Shown here piece after piece: positions 9,446 to 18,035 of a DNA stretch of 64,000 bases (positions are counted from its first letter, which is position 1; each line of letters starts with the position of its first letter). Location: the NCBI GenBank assembly GCA_963664405.1, contig OY761158.1, positions 3,232,001-3,296,000 on the forward strand, given 5' to 3'. The DNA is from Thermoanaerobaculia bacterium (GTDB lineage Bacteria > Acidobacteriota > Thermoanaerobaculia > Multivoradales > Multivoraceae). The position numbers and the translations under genes are program-made. The notes under the pieces are model-generated. The model was not told the DNA's origin, did no database searches, and saw nothing but the letters and a program-made list of their open reading frames with translations.

Positions 9446-10324
9446 TCAGCTTGTTTGATCGTCGTCCCGAAGCCTCGTGCGCAATTTTCCGAAGGCGAGC
9501 TCCGAACCGATAGGAACGTCTGCTTCTCCATCGACGCGGACGCCTTCGAGGTAGGTGTGATTGCTGCTCCCTTCGTCTCGAATGCTAACGCGGCCGCTCG
9601 TTACCGTGATGGTTGCGTGGCTACGGGAGACTTCTTCGCTGTCGAGCCGAACGTCGGCTCTTCTCGATCGACCCACACGGTTGGCTCCTTCACGAAGAGC
9701 GATCGTGGGATGGGGCTCGTCCCTTTTCAGCACTTCCAGAAAGAAGCGCGGCTGGGGGTCTTCTTTTTCGAGCAGCGCCGGCGGCACGGCAACAACTTGC
9801 GCGTCGAAACCGGTTTGCTCGGCATCGACCTCCTGCTCTGCTCGAAGAGAAGGCGGGAGGGGAGGGAGCTCGGCCTCTACACTGGTGTGATCGGGGTCGA
9901 TTCGGTCCTTCGCTGCGCCTGTTCCATCATCGATCTCGGCTTCGTTGAGGCGCGGGGGCAGGACGATGGCCTCATTCTCTGCAAGGGTGGCGTCTTTGCG
10001 CTCCTTCTGGTCGCGGGTCGGCTGTTGAAGAAGCTGAAATATGAAATCGATATCGGTCGAGAAGGTGATGACGTTGAGATCACCGAGGCGCTCGACTCCA
10101 TCAATACCGACGCCGTCAACCTGGGTACCGTTGGTACTGTTCTGATCCTCTATCAGGTACGAGCCCTGCTCTTCCTCCCACCAAATGCGGGCGTGACTCG
10201 CCGAGATGGAGGGCGCTTCGAGGACGACGTCACTGCTCGGAGCCCGTCCTACCGTTGCCCCGTCGGCGAAGTCGAAAAGAGTGCCCTTGAAGGCGCCGGT
10301 CTTGCAGAAGAGTCTTGCGCTCAT
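9446..10324 (-). CDS. Protein with two FHA domains joined by an acidic/Pro-rich linker
   Basis: VGR...SISASHA...NSTNGT and VGR...VSRSHA...GSSNHT. Confidence 0.88.
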   Translation of the reverse strand: MSARLFCKTGAFKGTLFDFADGATVGRAPSSDVVLEAPSISASHARIWWEEEQGSYLIEDQNSTNGTQVDGVGIDGVERLGDLNVITFSTDIDFIFQLLQQPTRDQKERKDATLAENEAIVLPPRLNEAEIDDGTGAAKDRIDPDHTSVEAELPPLPPSLRAEQEVDAEQTGFDAQVVAVPPALLEKEDPQPRFFLEVLKRDEPHPTIALREGANRVGRSRRADVRLDSEEVSRSHATITVTSGRVSIRDEGSSNHTYLEGVRVDGEADVPIGSELAFGKLRTRLRDDDQTS

Positions 10325-10333
10325 CGCCCTTGC

Positions 10334-11896
10334 CTATTCGGTGTCGACGTAGAGCAACAGGTTGGATCTCTGGCTCTTGTTGGGGTGGAAATAGTGACAG
10401 GTGACACATCGATCGGAGGTGAGCTTCGGGTTGTGGCACTGTTGACAGGTCTCGATTCCCGCCAGGTTCAGGATCGCCGAATTGTCCACCGACTTGTCGA
10501 TCGCCTCTTGGCCGCCGGCGAGATCGCCGATAGGGATCTGGTTATGGCACTCGAGACAACGAACCTGCAGGATGTGAGCCCGATGATCGAAGTGGGCACG
10601 GCGGAGCACCCGCTGATCCGTTTCGACTCGGCGGATCCCTGCCTTCTCGATGGAGTGGCACTTCCTGCAAGCCTCGGTCAGTGCGTCGATGACCTCCTCC
10701 GTCGCGGTGACGGTCTCGTCGGCGAGCCCTGCTCGGCGCTGGAGGTCGAGGAGGAATCGGGTCTCGTCGAGGTCCGCATAAGGGTCTTCTAACTTGCGAG
10801 ACAGTGCAGCCAGGAGCTCGGTGATTCGTTCGAGGTCCTGCTGAACCTCGGGCTCAGGCCGCGAGCGCAGGCCTAGTGCCTGGGCTTCGAGGGCAGCGAT
10901 CGCTTCCTCGTATAGCACTCGGATCTGGTGCGGAGCCACATCCGGTGTAGTGCGCAGAAGATCGGTGAGCCCGAGATCCTCATAGAGGAGCCCGCGCAGC
11001 CTTCGCAGGTTCTCCATCACCCACGGATCTTCGTGATGGAGCGGCGTTTTCATCACCCTCGGGCCGCGCTGCCGGAACTCGTTGGGGTTGGTAAAGAGCG
11101 CCCACTCTGTTCCTGGTCTACCCTCGAGTTGAATCGTCGAAAGCGTGGAGACACCCGTGACGCCTGCGGCCGCCACCGGCAGGAAGGGGGTGGCGCCAGC
11201 CGTTGTCAGATGGCAGCTGTCGCAGTGCGCCTCGAAGTCGAGAGGCTCGAAGCTGGTGCCGTCCGGCCGCGGTCGATGGCAATAGAGGCACGACTGCTCG
11301 ACGTCGGTGAGCTCTTCGATCTTCATCACTTCGCGGATGTGCTGGATGTGTGCGAAGGCCAATCCTCCTCGCTCGGGTTGCCCGTTGGCAAGAGGCTCGA
11401 ACTGAGGGTGGCCGCTGTTGAAAGAGGCGAATTCGTGACAGCCGACACACTCGAGCTCCGCGACCCGCGTCAAAGGAGCTTCTCGTCCCTCGTGCTCGAC
11501 ATGGCAGTCCATACAGTCCGGCTCGGCGTCCTCGATGTGCACACGCTGCAGGTCCTGGCTTCGGTACACGTAGTGTGCGGCCAGGGTGTAGACGCCGAGC
11601 TCGTCGCCGAACTTTTCATGGCACCCAGAGCAACTGGCGGCCATGGTCTTGCCCTCACTGTGGCAGGAGCCGCAGTCGGACTCGAGTACCGCGTGACTGG
11701 AAGACAGGGGCCCGTTCGAAAGAGCGCCCCCTCCCCGTAGCCCTATGTCATAGAGAATGAAGCTCATCACCACCGAGACAAGAAGCGCACCGACCCATAG
11801 CAGCGGGTTGCGGGAGGCGGGGAACGAGTAGCCCCTGGCGACCGGCAGGCGCAGCCGACTGAAGGTGCCCTTCTTGCCCTTGATCGCGGGGCTCAT
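10334..11896 (-). CDS. Membrane-anchored deca-heme cytochrome c (cytochrome c3-like family)
   Basis: N-terminal TM helix; 10 CxxCH motifs (CGSCH, CSGCH, CMDCH, CVGCH, CLYCH, CDSCH, CRKCH, CLECH, CQQCH, CVTCH); F.H..H axial-ligand motifs. Confidence 0.9.
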   Translation of the reverse strand: MSPAIKGKKGTFSRLRLPVARGYSFPASRNPLLWVGALLVSVVMSFILYDIGLRGGGALSNGPLSSSHAVLESDCGSCHSEGKTMAASCSGCHEKFGDELGVYTLAAHYVYRSQDLQRVHIEDAEPDCMDCHVEHEGREAPLTRVAELECVGCHEFASFNSGHPQFEPLANGQPERGGLAFAHIQHIREVMKIEELTDVEQSCLYCHRPRPDGTSFEPLDFEAHCDSCHLTTAGATPFLPVAAAGVTGVSTLSTIQLEGRPGTEWALFTNPNEFRQRGPRVMKTPLHHEDPWVMENLRRLRGLLYEDLGLTDLLRTTPDVAPHQIRVLYEEAIAALEAQALGLRSRPEPEVQQDLERITELLAALSRKLEDPYADLDETRFLLDLQRRAGLADETVTATEEVIDALTEACRKCHSIEKAGIRRVETDQRVLRRAHFDHRAHILQVRCLECHNQIPIGDLAGGQEAIDKSVDNSAILNLAGIETCQQCHNPKLTSDRCVTCHYFHPNKSQRSNLLLYVDTE

Positions 11897-11909
11897 GTCG
11901 GAAGATCAC

Positions 11910-12729
11910 TCAATAGTAGAGCACCGCGAAGACATGAAGGACGAGGAAGGCGACGAGCACCAGAGAGAGCGGAACGTGGGAATAGAGCCAGCATCGAAGG
12001 GGTAGTTGGAGAGTGTAGTGAGCGTCGAGCTCGAGCTTCGCCTCATAGAGGGCGGCGAGCTCGGTCAGCTTCTCCTGCTCCTCGGCTGAGGTGAGCCCTT
12101 TCAGATAGTGCAGATCCTTGAGATGGGACTGGATGCCTCCAGTGACGTCGGCGAAGTAGATCCACCGCCGACGCGGACCTTCGAAGGTGGGAGCCAGACG
12201 CGCTGCATAGAGTCTCTTCACCGGCTCGCTGCAGGAAGCGACACAAGACTCCGCCTTGGCGCGCACTTCGTCGACCAGCTCGGGGATACGCTCGTAGAGA
12301 ACTTCCACCGACAGCGCCGATCCGAGTACGCGGGGGATCCACTGTTGCAGCGCCAAGCCCAGAAGTCCGCTGGCGACGGTCCACAGGCTGAGGCCCCAGA
12401 GCCACCCCGTAGTCGTCCCCCTCGGGAGTCGAAAGCCGCTGTGCATGAGCATCAGCACAAGGAAGAGGCTGCCGCCGTAGATATGCAGATAGAGCCAGGA
12501 GCGGGCCGTTCCCAGACCCATTCTGATGGCGATGCGCATGGTGCGCCGGCGCATTCCGTATAGGGCGGCGGCAAGCATCAGAGTGGCGGCGCCAACGCCG
12601 TAGGCGACGCCCCAGGCATTGCCTTGGCCGGATCTCCGAGAAGGTGGCATTGGCTGCAAAGGAGAGGATGCACCCGCCGAATGCAGCCACGAACCCCCGG
12701 CGCCAAGCTGTTGCCTGCTTCCGCTTCAT
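11910..12729 (-). CDS. Integral membrane protein with two His-x13-His pairs (ferric-reductase-like di-heme b domain); apparent +1 frameshift near 12622
   Basis: WLYLHIYGGSLFLVLMLMH and WLYSHVPLSLVLVAFLVLH; N-terminal TM (MKRKQ...FSEIRP, ORF 12043-12744 frame) joins GNAWGVAYG (ORF 11910-12659) if one A is removed from CCAAGGCAAT. Confidence 0.75.
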
Positions 12730-12757
12730 GTTTCGCCGCTGCATCTTGCTCAGAGTC

Positions 12758-14386
12758 TCACTCCCGCGATTGCATCAAGTCGCGAAACTCGTCGAGAGAG
12801 CCGACGCGGTAGGCGCAGCCTTGTGGGCAGTTGGCGGTACAGGCGGGGCCGTGCCCGCTGTCGTGACAGAGGTCGCACTTGCTGGCGACCAAACGATCCT
12901 TGCCCCGCAGCCCGGCCGGGATCATATTGTCCGCCCACTGTTCTCCGGTCTCGTGCATCACGATCGCGTCGTAGGGACAGTTGTTCGAGCATGACGAGCA
13001 ACCGATGCAGATCCTCTCTTCGATCTCGACGACGTCGGCCACTCCCGCGCGATGGATAGCCCCGGTGGGGCATCCCACGAGGCATACGGGATCTCTACAG
13101 TGGTAGCAGGATCGTGGAACGAGCAGATTGTCGACTTTGTTGCCTTCGCGAACGAAGCGCGGGCGACCCTCGTGAGTGGCGGCGCAAGCGCGCACGCAGT
13201 CGTCGCAGCGTGTGCATGCCTCGAGATCGATGACCAGGATGCTGTTCCCCTGCACCAGCCCTGAGTCGAGGGCGACCTGGGTGAACTCGGCATGGCCTAG
13301 ATCGCGGCGGCTGTAGCCGGCTTCCTTGAGCCGATCCACTGCTGTTCGCCACAGTCTGTCTTCGACCTCGGGGTAGGTGCGCAGGAGTTGCTGAAGGGCG
13401 TCTCCAGGCACTCGAATCAGCTCGCTGTACTCGACCGAGACGGCACCACTTTGCCATACCTCGATCCCCTCGATCAGGAGCTCGACTTCGCCGAGCGTCA
13501 TCCCTTTCGATAGGTACGAAGAGACGATCTTTCCTTCACCGAAGTCCTGGAGCAGCTTCACAAATCCGGAACGGACCATGAAGAGGTCGCCAGCCGGCGC
13601 GCCTTGTGGAACCAGCTCCTCTCCCGGGTCCAGCGAGATGAGCTCGATGGTCTCTTTGAGGCCCTCGATGAAGAGTTGCGAGCACCCCCGGAAGAGAGGT
13701 GAGCTCGAGAGTTGAAGGCCTAGCGACCTCTCGCGATAGATACTGTCGACACGCTCCTTGAGTGCCTTCGACTTTCGTTTCATCAGGCGGAGGGCGTTGA
13801 CCCTGATCTGCACCAGCTGGCAGTCCTCGGTGGTTCGCGCAGTCACCGACTGAGGCCAGCCGCTGAGGGCTCCGATCTCGCCGAAGAGGTCGCCGGGTCC
13901 AAGTCTGGCGCCGCTACCTCGTGGCAGGTCGAAGTCCATCGAGGCGAGAAAGGTGATCTCGGTGTCGGTCGAGGTGGGGAGCCTGGGAGTGGTGACCAGC
14001 TGCGTGTATCCGGTCTCCGCTCCCTGGGGGAAGGCGGTGCGGCGGAGGTCGAAAATGGGGATCGGCTCGGTGCTGTCTCCGATCGTTTCTACGAAGACCT
14101 CGACTTCACCGCTGAGGAGGAAGAAGGCGAGGTCGATGTAGGAGCCTTCCTCGAAAAGAACCGATCCCTTTCTCCAGGTAGTGATCGAGACGTCCGGGCT
14201 GATTCTCTCGAGGAAGGTCTCGTCGTAGTCGGAAAAGATCTCTAGTTCTTTGAGCTGGTGTGGAGTGGGCTTCTCGGAGACTTGGATGATGCCGGTGTGG
14301 TCGTCGGAGGAGGTCCACCGATCCTGGTACTGCTCAATCCTGCGCAGCATGGTCTTGCCGAGATCGCCGTCGTGAGGCTCGCTCAT
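12758..14386 (-). CDS. Two cyclic-nucleotide-binding-like domains fused to an NrfC/DmsB-type 4x[4Fe-4S] domain
   Basis: LFEEG...SGEVEV...LGPGDLFGEIG and LVPQG...SGFVKL...GMTLGE cNMP folds; CTRCDDCVRAC, CYHCRDPVCLVGCP, CIGCSSCSNNCP, CDLC...ACTANCP. Confidence 0.88.
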   Translation of the reverse strand: MSEPHDGDLGKTMLRRIEQYQDRWTSSDDHTGIIQVSEKPTPHQLKELEIFSDYDETFLERISPDVSITTWRKGSVLFEEGSYIDLAFFLLSGEVEVFVETIGDSTEPIPIFDLRRTAFPQGAETGYTQLVTTPRLPTSTDTEITFLASMDFDLPRGSGARLGPGDLFGEIGALSGWPQSVTARTTEDCQLVQIRVNALRLMKRKSKALKERVDSIYRERSLGLQLSSSPLFRGCSQLFIEGLKETIELISLDPGEELVPQGAPAGDLFMVRSGFVKLLQDFGEGKIVSSYLSKGMTLGEVELLIEGIEVWQSGAVSVEYSELIRVPGDALQQLLRTYPEVEDRLWRTAVDRLKEAGYSRRDLGHAEFTQVALDSGLVQGNSILVIDLEACTRCDDCVRACAATHEGRPRFVREGNKVDNLLVPRSCYHCRDPVCLVGCPTGAIHRAGVADVVEIEERICIGCSSCSNNCPYDAIVMHETGEQWADNMIPAGLRGKDRLVASKCDLCHDSGHGPACTANCPQGCAYRVGSLDEFRDLMQSRE

Positions 14387-16464
14387 TCGCTACTCCTCCT
14401 GATGCTTTGATAGAGGATCTCCAGCCGCTCCTTGATCAGCACAAGGGTCTCCTCGATCGATGCCATGTCGGTTGAGGGGAAGCTGGGCAGCTCGAGGGGC
14501 CCGGCTTCTTCTGCGGTGGAGATCGAGGATCGATCGATCGGTCGCGCGCGTGGCGGCAGCTGGCGGGCCGGCGATCGAGAAGCTCGCGCCTCAGAGATCG
14601 TAGGACCGCCGCTCGAGCTCGGAGAAGCTGATGTCGAGGGGCCGCCTGAAGAGGCGCTGGCGATCTCTACTTGCTCGACCGTCGGGATGCCACCTCGCTT
14701 GTCGAGGACCTTCGCCCATCCCGCCGCTAGATCTGTGGTGGAGGTTTGGGGGCGCTCCCAATGCTGGATCTTCGCTAAACGATCCTCGAGGTCGAAATCT
14801 TTGCCGGTCGGATGGCCGGTGGAAATGAGACCAGGATCGGTAATGTAGTGGCAGCCGGCGCAGCGGAGCGCCAAGGTCTCGGCATGTCGAAGGTCCTTCA
14901 TGCCGAGTCCGAGAGCCTTCTGGAAACCCGCTCGCCGCCGACCTTGCGACTTCTCTCCCTCCTTGTGGGGCTCGAGGTAGCGGTCGGCGGGGCCGTGGCA
15001 GCTCTGACAGCTGACCCCGTCCCAAATGTCGCGCCGCTCCTTGCCCGAGACGATGGTGCCGTGGCAGTCCATACACAGCTGGGTGCCCTTGGTCGACTGC
15101 GAGCTCGGGAGACCGTAGAAGCGAGCGACCTGCAAGTTCTTCGGCTCCTGATCGTGGAAGGGGGCTGCGGAGCCTTCATGGGGGTCACTGAGCCACCACG
15201 CGTTCTGTTGCTCGTGGCAGCCGCTACAGGCGCCGGCGTCGAGGGTCTTGTGCTGCTCCGGCGGCCGTAGCCTGGTCCTCTTCTCGTAGCTGACGGTTGT
15301 GATTGCGGCCGCGCGTGGGGAAGCCGCCTTGGCCGCGCCACTCGCCACTGCTGCCACTGGGGCCTCCGAGTCGCCGGCGCCGCGGATCGGAGCCGCCGAG
15401 GGCGTCCCGTCGGCGGTATTCGTTGCTAGGTCGACCGGCGCCGGATCAGCCGGCTCCGGCAGCCCCCTGCCCTCCACCAGAGGGTCGATGGCGGCGAGCT
15501 GGGAGCCATCATGATTCTCGACGAAGCGGCGCGTCTCAGCACCGACGCGATCGGCAAGATCGAGAAGATTGGCGGTGTTACCGAGCGTCACTTTGACGCC
15601 CCTGGCTGCAGTGAGGATCCGCACCGCTTCGGGGATCTCCGCGACAGAGCTCAGATCCTGGATCTCCGCTACCGCATTGCGAACCCGTCGCTGCATGCTC
15701 TTGGCGTAGATGCCCTGCTCTGTCGCGATCGCGAAGCCTCGAACACTGAACTCGAGGTCCAGCGCCCGGCCGACGAAGTACATGATCCGCTTGCGCTCCG
15801 GCGGTCGCTCGAGGTTCTCTTTCGAGCCGCCGAGCTGGGACTGGAGGAAGTTGTGCCGCATTGCTCCCTGGGAGCGCTCCACGAGCTCGAAGCCGACTGT
15901 CCCCGTGGTATGCCCACCTATATTGACCAACTTCTCATTGGGGACGAGATGACACTGAAAACAGTTCGCCCCCACCGGGTAGAGGTCGGAAGGCCTGCGC
16001 ATCCCGGCTTGGCGGCTCTCTTCGATGCGCTGGAGACGATGCTCGCTCGACTCGTCGATGTGGCTGCCGCCGGGCCCATAGTCATTGTGGCTGTCGATCC
16101 AATCCTTGCCGGCGCCATGACACGACTCGCAGGAGACTCCGGCGCTCGCGCGCAGTTGGTCTCTGCGTACCTGCGTCGTGTAGTGGCAGTTTAGACAAAG
16201 CGCATCTCGTTTGATCAGTCGGAACCCCATCCTGCCGGCAATCGTCTCTGCCGATTCGAGGCGGTGCAGAGTCTTGAAGCTGGTGGCGTGAGGAGTTCCC
16301 GACCACACCTCATACTCCTGGGCATGGCATTCGCCGCAGCGCTCCGCTGTGGCGATCTTCGCAGGGTCTTCGCGCGCGAAGGAGGCTGTCTCCTGCGCGC
16401 CGGTCCAGGATGCCGCACCAGAGACGGCGACGAGGACGGCAACGAGAAGCTTTGCCGGTGGCAT
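14383..16464 (-). CDS. Exported octa-heme cytochrome c with two c554-like tetraheme domains
   Basis: Start MPPAKLLVAVLVAVSGAASWTGA (signal peptide) overlaps upstream stop as TGATG at 16464; CGECH, CLNCH, CESCH, CFQCH / CSGCH, CMDCH, CQSCH, CAGCH separated by an Ala/Pro linker. Confidence 0.88.
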   Translation of the reverse strand: MPPAKLLVAVLVAVSGAASWTGAQETASFAREDPAKIATAERCGECHAQEYEVWSGTPHATSFKTLHRLESAETIAGRMGFRLIKRDALCLNCHYTTQVRRDQLRASAGVSCESCHGAGKDWIDSHNDYGPGGSHIDESSEHRLQRIEESRQAGMRRPSDLYPVGANCFQCHLVPNEKLVNIGGHTTGTVGFELVERSQGAMRHNFLQSQLGGSKENLERPPERKRIMYFVGRALDLEFSVRGFAIATEQGIYAKSMQRRVRNAVAEIQDLSSVAEIPEAVRILTAARGVKVTLGNTANLLDLADRVGAETRRFVENHDGSQLAAIDPLVEGRGLPEPADPAPVDLATNTADGTPSAAPIRGAGDSEAPVAAVASGAAKAASPRAAAITTVSYEKRTRLRPPEQHKTLDAGACSGCHEQQNAWWLSDPHEGSAAPFHDQEPKNLQVARFYGLPSSQSTKGTQLCMDCHGTIVSGKERRDIWDGVSCQSCHGPADRYLEPHKEGEKSQGRRRAGFQKALGLGMKDLRHAETLALRCAGCHYITDPGLISTGHPTGKDFDLEDRLAKIQHWERPQTSTTDLAAGWAKVLDKRGGIPTVEQVEIASASSGGPSTSASPSSSGGPTISEARASRSPARQLPPRARPIDRSSISTAEEAGPLELPSFPSTDMASIEETLVLIKERLEILYQSIRRSSE

Positions 16465-18009
16465 CAGAACTTGGTGAGCAGCTCGACGCGCCCACCGAAG
16501 AACTCTTGGTCGCGGTTCGGCCGCAACGGGTCGTCGGTGTACGAGCCGTATCCGTCGACGATAGCGACGAAGTGTTTTCCGAACGCGGCTTGGTAGCGGA
16601 TTGTAAGAGCTGTCGCGTCGTCGATATCGCTGGCGGTGCCCACGCGGCCCCCGATCTCTGCGATCACCTGTTTGCGAGTGTGGTCGAAGAACCACTGATA
16701 GCCGAAGGCGCCACCGGCGACATCACGCGCTCGGTTGCTCAGAGGAGCGCCGTAGTTGCCGATACCGACGGCGGCGAAATTGATTCCCGCACGGCCCAGC
16801 GGCCCGCCGGTGGCGGGCCCCCGAGCAGCCGAGGAGAACTCGTCTGCGGCAGCGAAGAGGGTGAAGTAGGCCAGATTGTGGGTGCGGTGCGGGGTCGTGG
16901 AGATCTCGGCGAAGAGCAGCGCCCCGTCGGTGGCGAACTCGGTTTCTCGTTCCGTGGCGAAAGAGCCGAGAATACGGAAAGAGGTGTTCCATTGGCCGAA
17001 GCGCTGCACCGCGCTCAGTCCTCCAGCCACCAGGTCGCCTACCAGCTCGTCCTTGGCGACGACGTAGACGAGGTCGATATCCATCGTCGTTTTGCGAAAG
17101 TCGGTGGAGGTGAGGAAGCCGAGAAGATTGTCGTTGTACTCCTGAGTGTTGTTTGTCGGTCCTCCACGGCCTACTTCGTTGAATCCCCAAAAAAAGGTCA
17201 TGCGGTAGTTGGAGGTGTTCGGTTGCAGCGTATTCCGCGTTATGCCGATGCCGTCGATCGTGTCGTTGATGAGCAGGCCTTCCTGAAAGAGAAGGGGTTG
17301 GCGGCCCACAGAGAAGCCCACGTCGGTGCGCTTGAAGTCGTTCTTCGACAGGTTGGGGAAGATCTCGCCGAAGTCGCCTTCGAAGAAGAGGCCGGTAATC
17401 TCCAGATTGAGCTCATCGACGAACTCTCCGTCGAGACCGGGATCCGGGTGGTCGAAGTAGAAGGTGCTGAAACGACCGTAGCGATCGAGTGGCCGAAGAG
17501 CGAGGACCAGTCGCTCGGTGCCGGAGAGTGAAAGATTGAAGAAGAGGTCGAGACGGTTGCTCCATTCGGTGATGCGATCGTCGCCGTCGAAGCTCTGGAT
17601 AGAGGTACGGTAAGTGCCGAAGAGGAGCAGTGAAGGCTGCCAAACAGCACCGGTCGGAAGCTTGAATCCTTTGTCGAGGGTGCCGGTACCGAGGAAGGGC
17701 TCGCCAAGCTCGAGGAGCGGTCTCGGGCGCTGTGGAAAGTCGTCGAGCTGGAGCGGAATGCGCTCATCACTGAGCCGGCTGCCGTGGTGTTTCTTGCCAG
17801 TCCCCTCGTCGCCGTCTGCATCGGTGACCTTCTCTGTCCGCATCGTCGGCACTGAGATCCGGATCGATGGCGAGGCGGTAGGCGGCAGCTGCACGGATCA
17901 GCTCGGCGGTGCTCTTCACCCACGCCTGCGAAGGGCTTGCACCGGCGACCAAGAGCGCCCCGAAGCACGGGAGCAGAGCCACCGCGTTTCTCAAGCTAGT
18001 TCCACTCAT
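16464..18009 (-). CDS. Probable outer-membrane beta-barrel (porin-like) protein; frameshift near 17830-17890 separates the signal peptide from the body
   Basis: Signal peptide MSGTSLRNAVALLPCFGALLVAGASPSQA (ORF 17767-18030 frame); body (ORF 16464-17894) is rich in G/F/Y/D alternating strands and ends GGRVELLTKF (terminal Phe, BAM-type signal); no TM helices or CxxCH. Confidence 0.65.
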
Positions 18010-18035
18010 TGAGCTCTTTCCGACTCCCACTTGCT

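Noticed and set aside
9413-10792. Long + strand ORF (459 aa) and similar antisense ORFs (774-1958, 16410-17531, 20397-21386, 50887-52011, 53436-54788)
   Set aside because: Shadow ORFs opposite well-supported genes in GC-rich DNA; no recognisable motifs
16465-16695. 77-aa N-terminal extension of the octa-heme ORF in the ORF track
   Set aside because: Overlaps the porin-like gene; the signal peptide begins at the ATG at 16464
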